Assembly (NCBI GenBank): GCA_964389315.1
Contig: CAYMDJ010000002.1
Coordinates: 1-59,633, forward strand
From: an uncultured archaeon
GTDB lineage: Archaea; Aenigmatarchaeota; Aenigmatarchaeia; QMZP01
Direction of reading: 5' to 3'
DNA length: 59,633 bases
Part shown: piece by piece, positions 35,687-46,307 of the stretch
Layout: every line of letters starts with the position of its first letter
How positions within the stretch are numbered: position 1 is the stretch's first letter
The notes under the pieces: model-generated
Database searches by the model: none
What the model was told of the DNA's origin: nothing
Seen by the model: the letters and a program-made list of their open reading frames with translations, nothing else
Made by a program: the position numbers and the translations under genes

Positions 35687-38600
35687 ATGGTATTTCATCT
35701 TCGCAGATTGCTGGCATTAAGCATCCTGTTTTTGATAGGAGCATCTGGTTCTGTGGCCGCTTCCCCGGGCGTGAGCCTGTCCTCACCAGACGACGGGAAC
35801 GTCTCGCTCTCTGGCAGCGTTACTTTTGAGTGCAACGCCACCGCAGACTCCCTGACTGAGATGACCTTGTATACCGACACTGGTGGGGACTGGTCGGCAT
35901 ATGGGAATGTCTATTACGGGGAGCTTCCCGACGGTTCCAATACGCTGCTGCTGTGCAACTTTACCGGATATATGTGCAGCGACTCCACGGGAACGGATTC
36001 CGGGACAGGGATAACGGCGGGTAAGATAGGAAGCGGCGTCTTTGTTGACGGGACCGACACGCTAACCTTTTCCAGTGCAGGAAACTTTGACGTCCTGGAG
36101 GGCTCTATCGAGATGTGGGTGAAGCCAGAGGGCAACCTGAGCGGCGAGCACTGGCTCTTCATAGTTGCGCAGAGCCCAACCCTTCACAACACAGAATATC
36201 GGCTCTGGATAGCGGATGACGTCCTCTATTTCAGGTTCCTGGATGAATATGAATCTCCATCCAGCGTGTGGACGGACGTTTCCTCGTGGAATCCCGGGGA
36301 GTGGCATCATGTTGCAGCTACGTGGAAAGCAAGCACGGATTCGATGGAACTTTATGTTGACTCTAGCACGGGCGGGAATTCCTATAATATCGGGGGCATG
36401 GGTTACATGGGCTCCATGGGGGACACGATGTATGTAGGAAGCTACAAGCTGGGGACAGGCCAGCTTAACGGAACGATTGATGAGTTAAGGATAAGCGATT
36501 ACGAGAAGAGCGCTTCGGAGATAAACGATTCGTATATGAGCGGGCTGACCAACGTGACCTTTGCCGGCGAACAGTGGACCGTCAACGGAATAAGCGACGG
36601 GACATACGTCTGGAACTGCAGGGCGACCGACAATGCATCAGGCACAGGATGGAACGACACCAACAGGACCCTGCATGTGGACGTGTCCAGCCCTCCCACC
36701 GTGAATTCAGTTACAACGGTCCCGAACACGACCGACGGGCTTGACCCGGGCATAGACGTCAACGTCACCGCGAACATAACGGACGTGAGCGGGGTAAATG
36801 CGAGCATACTCATGTTCAGGAGATCCGGGACATCGACCTGGAGCAACGTGACCATGAACAACATAACCTCAGACGTCTGGAACGGCTCCTTCTCCGTCCC
36901 ACTGCCTCCGGGCACGTGGGAATATGCTATATGGCACAATGACAGCAATGGCCATTCTGGCCAGACGGCTGTGATGAACGTCTCTGTGGAGTATGACTAT
37001 TCATGGTCTTTGTCTCCAGCGTCCCTCGGAACCACCTACATGGTCGCGGGGGAGAGCGGCACGCTCGGGGACCTTCACATAACGAACACTGGCGAATATC
37101 CGCTTAATTTCAACATATCGTCCACCTGGGGTGATACCTCATTCAACGTATCAGACCCGGACAGCTTTGACATAGGAGTAGGCCAGTCGAGGACCATAAA
37201 CGTGACGGTCACGGCATCTATGACGCCGTATGAATACGCAATCAACGTAACGATAGGCTGCACGACTCCCGGAGTAAGCACGACCTCCTCTGTGGTGGGT
37301 GCCTCCCTCATATCATACGTCGGGGGGCCTCAGCTCACGGTGACGATAACGAACCATCCTGTTTCAGTCTCACAGAGCCAGTCAAACATAGTCTTCAACG
37401 CGACCATAAAGAACATAGGTAACGAGACCGCGAACGACACGTGGATAAACTGGACATTCCCGGCGGGGTGGTCAAACTCTTCCGGAAACGTGACCTACTT
37501 TGCGGGCAACGTCACATCAGGCTCCACCTTCTACTCGAACCTTGTCATGTCCACGTCATCCTCTGCAGCGGCGGGAGTGTCACAGGTTTACCTGAACGCG
37601 AGCTCCAACCAGACCTATAACGACTCTGACAGCACCCTGGTCGGAATATCCTGCAGCAGCTCTGACGGTGTTTGCGGCTCAGGATGCACTTACCTGACCG
37701 ATTCCAACTGCGCATCCCCCGGGGGTGACACAGGAGGGAGCTCCTCAGGCACCGTGGTCTCAGGCGGCGGCAGGGCATCCTACTACAGGCTTGACCTGAA
37801 GCTTCCTGAAAGGCTTGACCTGTTCAGGGGGGACATAGAGAATGTTGAGGTGGTGATAAAGAATACTAACAACATCCGCTTTTCAGAGCTCATGCTTTCC
37901 TCAGAGGGATATAGGTCAACCCTAATATCCCTCTACTCGGGCCTACAGAACGGGACGATTGAAGCAAGCTCAGAACTTCCGTTCACCCTGCGCATAAACG
38001 TTCCAGGATACATGGCATACGGGGAGTATCCGGTAACAATCACTGCCACCGCATACGGCGGGGTAAACATAACGGTGGAGGGCTCTGCAACAATCAGGCT
38101 GTTCGTTCACAGCATTGATGAGAACGAGACCATCTCCCTTTTCAGGGAAGCGCAAAGGTCAATAGATATAATGAATGAACTGGGAATCCCAACGAACAGG
38201 ACGTCAAGGATTCTTGGCGCCGCATCCTCATACCTAGATGACTGGGATTATGACAAGGTAAAGGAGCTTTCCCTCCTCATAATAGAATACAAGAACAGCT
38301 CGCTTGCCGCAAGTGCAATGCTCGAGGAGCTGAACGGGGGGGTTTGGTATGCAGAGCGGTATGGCATGTCTTTCCCGGAAACCACCAAGCTCAAGTCGCT
38401 TGCATATTCGGCACTCGCAAGGGAGGATTTCCAGAGGGCCGAAGATAGGTCAGAATCCGCGCTCCTCACGCTTGCGGTGGAAACGGGAATGTTCCTTCCT
38501 GCATTCATGTTCATTGAAAACAACTGGATTCTGATTATCCTCTCTGTTGCCGGGATGTCCGTCCTTATATTCTTTGGTAGGAGAGTGGTCAGCCTGTCGC

Positions 38601-39736
38601 TGATAGGGAGGAGGCTGAAGCACCTATCCGAAGAGAACGGAATCCTTGAAAGGCTAATCGGGGATGCAGGCGCTGATTATTTCGTTAATAGCGTCATAAG
38701 CAAGGGCGAGTATGAGAAGAGCCTTGATGAATACAGCAGGAAATACTCAGGGAACAAGAGGGAGGAGATACGGCTCAGGGTCAGGAAGATGCTCCTTGAA
38801 TCGCGCGGCAGGAAGGCTGCGGAGGGAAAGAGGATGGAAATGCTGAGGGAACTGATGATTGAAACGCAGAACAGGTACTTCAAGGAAAGGAAGATTTCCA
38901 GGAGCGCATACAACTCAACGATAAGGGAGATATCCAGGGAGATTGCAGACCTTGAGAACAGGAAAATCCTTCCGAAGGTTGCGGTTCCCATAATCATTCT
39001 TCTCCTGCTTCTGCCTATGGGAGTTGGTGCAACGCCGCAGCAGGATGCTCTTGATGCGATAAAGGCAGCGGAGAGACAAATTTCAGAGATGGAATCCCTT
39101 GGGCTTGGAACGGAATATGCAAACGGCACCCTGAACGAGGCCATGTTCCTCTATAATGAGGGCTATTACGCCGGGGCGCAGTCACTTGCAGAAGGCGTCG
39201 GGGATATAAAGGAATCTGCAATAAGGGTTAATGAACTGGTAGATGAGGTGGAATCAAAGCTCTATGATGCCAGCATGCAGGAAATAGACGTGTCCGGACC
39301 GGAGGGGCTTTTCTACCAGGCAATGGGTTCATTGGAAATGGAGGATTTCGTTGCGGCAGAATCCCTCCTCGAGGATGCATACGAAAGGCTGGATGAGCTC
39401 GAGGAGCGCGCCTCCCTCGAGAGGGCGCTCGGGGGGAGTGACGTAATAGGCGCTGTCTTAAACAACTGGGAATGGTTTTTCCTGTTCCCGGCTCTTTTTG
39501 TCTTCTCTTTACTTGTCACGCGCAGGGCGGCATCAGGGGCCTTCATCAGGAAGAGGCTGAAAAGACTGGAGAGGGAGAGGGACAGCATCTCTGCCATGAT
39601 AAAGGAAGTCCAGAGTATGTATTTCCGGGATGAAAGCCTCGGGAAGATAGAGTATGAAAGCCGGATGGACAGGTACAACGAGAGGCTGGTTAACGTGAAG
39701 AAGAACATGACCGTCCTGAGGAAGAGGCTTGGCTAG
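35687..39736 (+). CDS. giant surface protein: signal peptide, LamG/concanavalin-like domain, Ig-like array, Cys motif plus Gly-rich linker, CARDB-like domain, three TM segments with helical cytoplasmic segments
   Basis: Signal-like N-terminus MVFHLRRLLALSILFLIGASGSVAASPG. LamG hallmarks are GSIEMWVKPEG...WLFIVAQ...YRLWIADDVLYFRF...WHHVAATW...MELYVDSS...LNGTIDELRISD. The protein is dense in N-x-S/T. Ig-like modules are shared with the >3,843-aa protein (PPTVNSVTTVP...ITDVSGVNAS...). TM segments lie near DNA ~38520-38580, ~38965-39030 and ~39470-39525. It starts 12 nt after the KaiC-like gene. Confidence 0.85.
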   Translation: MVFHLRRLLALSILFLIGASGSVAASPGVSLSSPDDGNVSLSGSVTFECNATADSLTEMTLYTDTGGDWSAYGNVYYGELPDGSNTLLLCNFTGYMCSDSTGTDSGTGITAGKIGSGVFVDGTDTLTFSSAGNFDVLEGSIEMWVKPEGNLSGEHWLFIVAQSPTLHNTEYRLWIADDVLYFRFLDEYESPSSVWTDVSSWNPGEWHHVAATWKASTDSMELYVDSSTGGNSYNIGGMGYMGSMGDTMYVGSYKLGTGQLNGTIDELRISDYEKSASEINDSYMSGLTNVTFAGEQWTVNGISDGTYVWNCRATDNASGTGWNDTNRTLHVDVSSPPTVNSVTTVPNTTDGLDPGIDVNVTANITDVSGVNASILMFRRSGTSTWSNVTMNNITSDVWNGSFSVPLPPGTWEYAIWHNDSNGHSGQTAVMNVSVEYDYSWSLSPASLGTTYMVAGESGTLGDLHITNTGEYPLNFNISSTWGDTSFNVSDPDSFDIGVGQSRTINVTVTASMTPYEYAINVTIGCTTPGVSTTSSVVGASLISYVGGPQLTVTITNHPVSVSQSQSNIVFNATIKNIGNETANDTWINWTFPAGWSNSSGNVTYFAGNVTSGSTFYSNLVMSTSSSAAAGVSQVYLNASSNQTYNDSDSTLVGISCSSSDGVCGSGCTYLTDSNCASPGGDTGGSSSGTVVSGGGRASYYRLDLKLPERLDLFRGDIENVEVVIKNTNNIRFSELMLSSEGYRSTLISLYSGLQNGTIEASSELPFTLRINVPGYMAYGEYPVTITATAYGGVNITVEGSATIRLFVHSIDENETISLFREAQRSIDIMNELGIPTNRTSRILGAASSYLDDWDYDKVKELSLLIIEYKNSSLAASAMLEELNGGVWYAERYGMSFPETTKLKSLAYSALAREDFQRAEDRSESALLTLAVETGMFLPAFMFIENNWILIILSVAGMSVLIFFGRRVVSLSLIGRRLKHLSEENGILERLIGDAGADYFVNSVISKGEYEKSLDEYSRKYSGNKREEIRLRVRKMLLESRGRKAAEGKRMEMLRELMIETQNRYFKERKISRSAYNSTIREISREIADLENRKILPKVAVPIIILLLLLPMGVGATPQQDALDAIKAAERQISEMESLGLGTEYANGTLNEAMFLYNEGYYAGAQSLAEGVGDIKESAIRVNELVDEVESKLYDASMQEIDVSGPEGLFYQAMGSLEMEDFVAAESLLEDAYERLDELEERASLERALGGSDVIGAVLNNWEWFFLFPALFVFSLLVTRRAASGAFIRKRLKRLERERDSISAMIKEVQSMYFRDESLGKIEYESRMDRYNERLVNVKKNMTVLRKRLG

Positions 39737-40341
39737 CCCGGGGGCAGCTCGGGGATGTCAAAACCTGACATTCCGTAAGGCCATGTGGTTCCTGGATCAG
39801 GAACGATCTTCCCTGCTTCTGGAGTGCTCCTTTCACCCATAGCCGTAAGGTCCTTTGTTTCATCAGCAAACATCACGAGGTCGTCTATGAATTCATCAAT
39901 GGCTTCAGAAACCGCATCCGTTGAAATCATGTAAATGATTTTCCCCGGATTCCCCATCTTGACGCTGTTGGTGAACCTGAGGATTGATGCGGGGTCATTA
40001 TATCTAAGGAGGCATGATATGTCGTCAAAGACGAAGGCATCACACTTCTTCATCATCTTCAGTATTGCACCGGACATCTCATCCATTGCAGAGGGCGAGG
40101 ATATGTATACGCACCTGTCTGTTGATTCCTGGCTCGAATAGTGACTGCTCAGGGTGTCTATGAAGCACATCCCTTTTGCATCAATGCTGTTGTTCTTTAG
40201 CGCCTGTATCGCAGAAGAAACAGTATCGCTGAGGCACACGTAGCATATCCTATGATTCCTGAGCTTCTTGATGATGCCTGTTTTCTTGAGTTGCTCATCA
40301 GACTTCATTAGGAAAACAAAGAGCCCGTTCTTCTCAAACAT
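39733..40341 (-). CDS. KaiC/RecA-fold-like protein lacking a Walker A P-loop (paralog of 30124-30660)
   Basis: 202 aa. CYVCLSD..., NNSIDAKGMCFIDT, VYISSPSAMDEM, AFVFDDISCLL and DDLVMFADET match CYISLNK..., NNGVDSGNIIFIDA, IYVSSPTALTEI, VVLIDSISTLL and DDMSMFVDEI of the 30124 gene. There is no GxxGxGK[ST]. The minus-sense spacer upstream (40342-40388) carries AAAAATATTTAAG. Confidence 0.6.
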   Translation of the reverse strand: MFEKNGLFVFLMKSDEQLKKTGIIKKLRNHRICYVCLSDTVSSAIQALKNNSIDAKGMCFIDTLSSHYSSQESTDRCVYISSPSAMDEMSGAILKMMKKCDAFVFDDISCLLRYNDPASILRFTNSVKMGNPGKIIYMISTDAVSEAIDEFIDDLVMFADETKDLTAMGERSTPEAGKIVPDPGTTWPYGMSGFDIPELPPG

Positions 40342-40388
40342 TGCAACACGAGTATTATTTGGTTCCCGGATAACTTAAATATTTTTCC

Positions 40389-43300
40389 CTACTTCAGGGC
40401 ATCCCTTATCTTCTTGTCAATGTCTCCAATCTTTTCCTCGCTCCTTTTCTTCATGCTCTCATAAGCCTCCTTTGATATTATTCCTGACTTATACTGGTTC
40501 TCCAGGAGCCTCAACATTCTCTGGTTTTTTGCCTTCTCTGTTCTCATTGTATCCACGTCGCTGCTCGGCTTGACCGCACCTGCCACCTGCCTTGCCTCGG
40601 ACAGCCTCCCCCTGAGAAGAATCTTCAGGTTCTTGGTCATCCTCCTCATGAAGATTACCAGGACTGCTATGACCGCTGCAAACACTATGATGAGTATGAC
40701 CCACCAGGGCAGGAGGCCGCGCGAGAGTATGTCATCCAGGAGGTCCTCTGCCTCCCTTATGAGCTGCCACGCATTGTAGACCGCATCGAGCGCGGCATCA
40801 TAAAGCTCCTTCTGCAGGTAGTTCTCAGCGAGCTCTATCTCGTTCTCTATGTCCTTTATCAGGTCCTCCACGGGCGAGACTTCATACCCCGATGCCTTCG
40901 CATTCTCTGTCCTGGTCTTGAGCTCCCTCAGCTTGGCCTTGAGCCTCACCAGCTCGAAGTCTATGAGCTCCTTCCTGGAGGTGAAGATAAAGAGTGTGAA
41001 TACCTCGCTGTCATCGGACTGGTTGGAGGTCGCGGTTATCATTACCTCGTGCTGGCCGGATTCTATCCCGAATGGGATGAGTATCTTCATCGTGAAGGTT
41101 GCTTCATCCCCTGCTGCCAGGGTTCCGATGTTCCTCGGTTCGATGATGAACCAGTTTTCTTCTGTGGAGCGCGCGGTTAGCTGGACGTTGGTGGCAGGAG
41201 AATCTCCGGTGTTCTTCACTACGACGTTGACGTACCTTATCACCCCAACCTCAACACCGACCTCCCTGTCATACTCTGTTATGTTCAGCCTGGCCTGTCC
41301 GCCCCCTCCGGGACCTGCCTCTTCGGGTGCGCCGCCCTCATCGCCTGACGGGGGCGGGGCAGGGGCCTCCCCTATGACGTCAAAGGTCTCGTTGGCCGTG
41401 GCATAGAGGTTGTTGATGCTGTTGTATGTCACCTTTACGTTAAGGGTGTAGGTCCCCGGCGGCTGGCTCGTGAATATGTAGGCGCTGACAGAGGGGTCAG
41501 TGCTCGCATCAAAAGTCTTGTTCTCTCCGGCACCTATGTTCGCTGAGAAATGCTGGTAGTCCCATGTCTGGCCCCCTCCTGATACCCAGTATTCTATCAG
41601 GACGTCAAGGTTGTCAACGTCGCCCTTGTTCTCAACGTAAAGCTCGAAGTTGAGGATGTCCCCTGGCTCGACCTCCTTGTTTAGTATGTTGACTCCGACA
41701 TCGTAGGGCCCTCCCAATGAGACTCTTATGTAATCATAAGCGACGGTCTGATACCCTCCGATGGAAGCGTTGAGTGAGACTTCATAAATCCCGACCGGCG
41801 CAAGGGGTGGCATGGCATAATTGTAGGTATAGACGCCAGTCGATTCCTTTGTCATGCTCGCCATTGTTGTGCTGAAATAAGGATTGTTCGCGGGGTTCAG
41901 GACATTGAGGCTTATGCTGTCAGGGTCTGTCAGCATGCCAGAGCTGTCAGTGAACCACATCACGAACTTCATGATGCTGTTCTGGTACCATAGAGGATAG
42001 ATTCTCATGTCAGCATGTATCCCGTAGCTTGGCGGGTGGTCGACCATGGTGAAGGTGTAGTTCTGGGTGCTGTTCACGAAGAAACCGACGCTGCTTTCAT
42101 AGTATGTGGAGTTGACGATGACCGTGTAGTTCCCTGCCGGATAACCGTAGGTGGGAAAGTCTATATATATCCCCCCGTAATCGTTCCTTATGAAACCGTC
42201 GCTCTCTGTCAGGTATGACTTGTTGAAGAATGTCTCGTTGCCAGGATTGATTATCACGACATCAACGGTGACATTGCCTATGTTCTGCTCGCCTGACGAA
42301 TCCTCTGCCCTGTAATACACAGAGCCCTGGTAGCCCTGGTTGCTGTACTCGTCGCTCAGGGTGAACATCATCGGGCTCAGCTTCGTGTATACATAGAAGG
42401 TGTCGCTTCCTGTCTCGTTCTCTCCCAGATCATCCTCTGCATAGACCCAGGCGGTGTAGTTCCCGGTGTAGGTGGTGTTGCCCCATGTTGAAGGATAGTA
42501 TGCATACCAGCACGAGGTGCTGCCAGGCCCTGAGCCGGTGCAACCCTGCCAGTAAAGCCTCGTCATCGGGACCGTGTCGTTGGTCCCGTCCGGCATGGTA
42601 ACGGTGGCGTTAACGGGCATCAGTATGGGGCGGTCGGACTGCGCCGTGACATTGGAATATATGAGGACGCTTCCCAGCTGTTCTGTGTAATCTGGTATTA
42701 CCTCGACGTCCACGAGGGGCTTTATGTAGGGGCTCAGTGTGATTTTCACGTCGATTTCATCAGGCTCTGCGGAAAGGTTTGTCGCATTTATCGTGTAATT
42801 CGCTGTCCATGTGGACTGTCCTGCTATACCGCTAACGTTGTAGTAGAACGTCAGCTTGTATTCATCATCCGAATCTATTGCGAAGCTCGTGGAGCTGACG
42901 TTGGTGTGGTTTACCTCTGCGGGGGTGACGTTGAAACCAATGAGCACGTTTCCTGTATTGTTTATCAGGACGATGCAGGCAACCCCCACGTCGGGACTCT
43001 GGGAATGCTCGCAATAGGTTTCGTTAACATACCAGCTGCCGTTCACAGGGACTGTCAGGCTGACGTTGAGGGAGAAGTTCTCGGCATTGTCCGAGGTTAT
43101 GTTGAGCGTCCCGTTGTAGGTTCCCGGCGCATATGCGAACGGGATGGTGGCGTTTAGAAGAATCTCCTGGGACTGGCCTGTGAAGAGGTCGTGGGGTCCC
43201 TCTGAGGAAAGGGTTGCTGATAGGCTCTCGAGGCCTGTCATGTTGAGGGTTACGTTGTAGACAATATCGTTTCCTGCAGAGAGGATGGTAACGTTGCCGA

Positions 43301-46300
43301 AGCTCCCCGAGGTCCCGTGCTCTAGCGAGCCCGTGATGTTTGTCCTGTCAACCTCCAGGGTAACGTTGGGGGTGACCGTGATGTTTACGATGCTCCAGTT
43401 GAACACGGTCCCTATGTCAATCTCCTCCCAGCTCACGGTGACGTTTATGGTGTGGTTTCCTGCTGGCGTCCCGTTCATGACAGTGAAGTTGTAAGTGACG
43501 TTGCACGAAGAGCTCACGGATATGTTGCCGCAGTCATAGGACGTCCCGTTGGTCGCATTGAAGTAGTTGAGGTTCATGGAGAGGTTTATCTCTGTGTCAA
43601 AGGCTGTCACAGTCCCTATGTTAGTGGTGTTGACAGAGAGGTTGAAGGAATCGCTGGTATACCAGTTTACGATGTCCGTGGTGAAGTTCTCGGGCGTAAC
43701 GTTGATTGAGACGTTTGTTCCTGACACTATAACAGTCAGGTTTATTATGTGGAAGCCGTAGTTGGATGCCGATACGTTGAGGGTTCCGTTGTAGGTTCCT
43801 GGTGTCTGGGAAGAAGAGACGTTCACCGTAACTGTGACGTCCTGGTCTGTGCCCGGGTTTATGAAGGATATCGGGCCCGGGGGGTTGAATGTGAACTGGA
43901 AGTCGTCCAGCCCTGTCACGGTGAAGTTGACGTCATCAATCCTGTAGTTTCCGGTCGAGTTCACGTTTATCGTCCCCATCTGCTTCTCGAATCCGGGCCC
44001 CACCCTCACCGAGAGGTTGTCCGCGTCAACGAGCATTATGGGATTCTGCGCTATCGTGACGTTGAAGAGCGTGTAGTTATAGTCAGTGGAGTCGTCGGGG
44101 TTGGTCCAGTCTATCGTTATGTTGAATTCATAGGTCTCGTTTGTTGAGGTTGCAAGGGCCGTTATGTTGAAGTACCTGACACAGTTGAGGTCTATGAGGA
44201 CGTCATTGCAGGAATAGAAGGTCTCGTTCGATGAGAAATTCTGGGGGACCGTCACCGTCATGTTCGTGCCATATGTTGTTCCGTTCCCTATGTTGCTCAT
44301 CGTTACCGTGAGGATGAAGCTTTCGTTGTCATACCAGGTAACGTTGGTGAGGACCTTGGAGAGCGGACTGGTGATTACAGAGGCATTGGTTATCGGTGCC
44401 TCTACGGCAAAGTTGTCGTAGACCGTCCTGTTGTTGCCGTCCTTTGTGGCAGTGCAGTTCAGGTAGTAGAGACCGAGTTCGCTGGGAGCTGTGAAGTTTA
44501 TGCTGTAGCTTCCGTCCATGTTATCCGTTATGTTGTCAACGTTCGTCTTGTCCCCGGGATTGTCATTGTGATAATAAGTGCAGTTGACATCCTCTGCGTT
44601 TGAGATGTTGGTATCCTGCCTGTAGTTCTTGAGCCACAGGGTTGCATTGACCTCCCTGTCTGGCAGGCCGCTTGCGGTGGATTCATTAATCACGAGGCTC
44701 GCATAGAGCTGGGCTGTCACGTTGAATGTGTGGTAGGACTCGTTGAGAATGTAGCTGTCATTGTTGAAAATCCTTGCGGTCAGGTTCCATTCCCCCTCCG
44801 CAGAGTCGTTCGGGAGGATATAGATGTTGGACCAGACGTTGTCCCCTGCGACCTGGTCACCGTGGCCTGAATCACCGTCATCATAAAGGATGACCGTCAG
44901 GTCGTCGGCTGTAGAGGGCGTCCCCATGTCAAGTGTCGCATTGGTGTGGTTAGTGAGGTTCCACCCGTCAACCGTGATATTGACCCATAGCAGGACGGTC
45001 TCGTTCCTGTTATATACAGTGTAGTTCGCTTGTGGGTAGGATTCTATGACCCACTTCTCTGCTGCCGAGACCGCCACGTCAATTGGTGTCAGAATCCCGT
45101 CCCTGACGTCATAGACGATGTCCGGGGCACGGGTGCTGTGACCTGATATGAAGATTGACTTCAGCCAAAGGAAGGAATCGGGTGGGAGATTCACTGAGCT
45201 GAGGTTGATACCCACATAGTCGAGATTGCTCTCGTTGTCAACACGGAAGTCAGGGATGCTCTCGTTCTCGAGGATTATCCCGAGCTCGTGACCGGGGTTT
45301 GTTGTCGAGTATACCCTGAGGAAGGATGCGGGATCTGTCTTGTTCTGGTCAAATATCCCGGGCGTGTCGTATGCCAGGCTCGCATCAAACCTCGGGGCTC
45401 CCAGCTCTGCGCTCCTGTTAACGGGCTGGGTTCCTGTGTTCGTCACGTTGAACTCGAGCCTGTACCACCGGATGTTAGGGTAGAAGAAATACCTCTTGAC
45501 TGTGCTGGTCTCGTTCGTCTCGTTTGAAGGTTCGTTCCAGTATATCTCTTCACCTTGCTGCGTGACCGTTATCCTGACCGGGCCCGTGGTGAAAGTGACA
45601 TTGCCATTCATATACCAGGTAAAATTATGGCTGCCGTTAGTGAACTTCAGATACTCCCTTGTCCTCTGGTTTCCGGTGCTGTATATGAAGTTCTCCTCCT
45701 CCCAGACGATGTCATATATCCTGTAGAGGCCCGACGTGTTCTCACCGCCGTCTGTATCGAAATAGAACAGGTAGTTGGTGTTGTTTATCGTGAATGCCTC
45801 ACCGTCCCAGGTATAGCTCATGTTGTAGCCGAGCTCTGATGGGTTCCATGTCCTCTCCTCCTTCTGACCGTTCTCGACGGTGTCGAAGTAGAGGTAGAAG
45901 AACCTGCTGTTGCTGTTGTTGGAGAGCATCGTTCCGTTCAGTATGAACACCACATCGCCTGTCGCTGATTCTGATGCATCATAGTTCCCGTCAGGGTCGA
46001 ACTGGACAGGGAGCTCGTGGAGGACAGAGCCGTCAGAGCCGTTGTATTCAACCAGCCTTGCGGAGAGGTTGTCAAAGGTTCCGGGAACTGACATGTTCTC
46101 AAGGAGATGGGTGAAGTTCATCTGGTATTCTACCGGCCAGTCCGTCCTGTTAATGGCGCTGTGGTTTACCTCGAACATTATCCTGTAGTGCCAGGAGGAG
46201 TTCCACCAGACATCATCATAGTTCTCAGACCTGGTAAAGCTGTTGCTGAGGATAAACCCTGCCAACACGATTGCCAGTATAACTACCAGACCAATCCTTT

Positions 46301-46307
46301 TCTTCAT
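40389..46307 (-). CDS. giant surface protein (1,972 aa): N-terminal signal/anchor, sequon-dense beta-rich array, P/G linker, CARDB-like domains, helical stalk, TM, SHOCT-like cytoplasmic tail
   Basis: MKKRIGLVVILAIVLAGFILSNS at the N-terminus, with hundreds of residues of N-x-S/T-rich beta-type sequence. CARDB-type motifs are EVEPGDILNFELYVENKGDVDN and YVNVVVKNTGDSPATNVQL. The linker is APAPPPSGDEGGAPEEAGPGGGG, the stalk is ...LVRLKAKLRELKTRTENAK..., and the TM is LLPWWVILIIVFAAVIAVLVIF. The tail ends ...LENQYKSGIISKEAYESMKKRSEEKI.... The start directly follows the upstream stop (TAGATG at 46305-46310). Confidence 0.85.
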   Translation of the reverse strand: MKKRIGLVVILAIVLAGFILSNSFTRSENYDDVWWNSSWHYRIMFEVNHSAINRTDWPVEYQMNFTHLLENMSVPGTFDNLSARLVEYNGSDGSVLHELPVQFDPDGNYDASESATGDVVFILNGTMLSNNSNSRFFYLYFDTVENGQKEERTWNPSELGYNMSYTWDGEAFTINNTNYLFYFDTDGGENTSGLYRIYDIVWEEENFIYSTGNQRTREYLKFTNGSHNFTWYMNGNVTFTTGPVRITVTQQGEEIYWNEPSNETNETSTVKRYFFYPNIRWYRLEFNVTNTGTQPVNRSAELGAPRFDASLAYDTPGIFDQNKTDPASFLRVYSTTNPGHELGIILENESIPDFRVDNESNLDYVGINLSSVNLPPDSFLWLKSIFISGHSTRAPDIVYDVRDGILTPIDVAVSAAEKWVIESYPQANYTVYNRNETVLLWVNITVDGWNLTNHTNATLDMGTPSTADDLTVILYDDGDSGHGDQVAGDNVWSNIYILPNDSAEGEWNLTARIFNNDSYILNESYHTFNVTAQLYASLVINESTASGLPDREVNATLWLKNYRQDTNISNAEDVNCTYYHNDNPGDKTNVDNITDNMDGSYSINFTAPSELGLYYLNCTATKDGNNRTVYDNFAVEAPITNASVITSPLSKVLTNVTWYDNESFILTVTMSNIGNGTTYGTNMTVTVPQNFSSNETFYSCNDVLIDLNCVRYFNITALATSTNETYEFNITIDWTNPDDSTDYNYTLFNVTIAQNPIMLVDADNLSVRVGPGFEKQMGTINVNSTGNYRIDDVNFTVTGLDDFQFTFNPPGPISFINPGTDQDVTVTVNVSSSQTPGTYNGTLNVSASNYGFHIINLTVIVSGTNVSINVTPENFTTDIVNWYTSDSFNLSVNTTNIGTVTAFDTEINLSMNLNYFNATNGTSYDCGNISVSSSCNVTYNFTVMNGTPAGNHTINVTVSWEEIDIGTVFNWSIVNITVTPNVTLEVDRTNITGSLEHGTSGSFGNVTILSAGNDIVYNVTLNMTGLESLSATLSSEGPHDLFTGQSQEILLNATIPFAYAPGTYNGTLNITSDNAENFSLNVSLTVPVNGSWYVNETYCEHSQSPDVGVACIVLINNTGNVLIGFNVTPAEVNHTNVSSTSFAIDSDDEYKLTFYYNVSGIAGQSTWTANYTINATNLSAEPDEIDVKITLSPYIKPLVDVEVIPDYTEQLGSVLIYSNVTAQSDRPILMPVNATVTMPDGTNDTVPMTRLYWQGCTGSGPGSTSCWYAYYPSTWGNTTYTGNYTAWVYAEDDLGENETGSDTFYVYTKLSPMMFTLSDEYSNQGYQGSVYYRAEDSSGEQNIGNVTVDVVIINPGNETFFNKSYLTESDGFIRNDYGGIYIDFPTYGYPAGNYTVIVNSTYYESSVGFFVNSTQNYTFTMVDHPPSYGIHADMRIYPLWYQNSIMKFVMWFTDSSGMLTDPDSISLNVLNPANNPYFSTTMASMTKESTGVYTYNYAMPPLAPVGIYEVSLNASIGGYQTVAYDYIRVSLGGPYDVGVNILNKEVEPGDILNFELYVENKGDVDNLDVLIEYWVSGGGQTWDYQHFSANIGAGENKTFDASTDPSVSAYIFTSQPPGTYTLNVKVTYNSINNLYATANETFDVIGEAPAPPPSGDEGGAPEEAGPGGGGQARLNITEYDREVGVEVGVIRYVNVVVKNTGDSPATNVQLTARSTEENWFIIEPRNIGTLAAGDEATFTMKILIPFGIESGQHEVMITATSNQSDDSEVFTLFIFTSRKELIDFELVRLKAKLRELKTRTENAKASGYEVSPVEDLIKDIENEIELAENYLQKELYDAALDAVYNAWQLIREAEDLLDDILSRGLLPWWVILIIVFAAVIAVLVIFMRRMTKNLKILLRGRLSEARQVAGAVKPSSDVDTMRTEKAKNQRMLRLLENQYKSGIISKEAYESMKKRSEEKIGDIDKKIRDALK

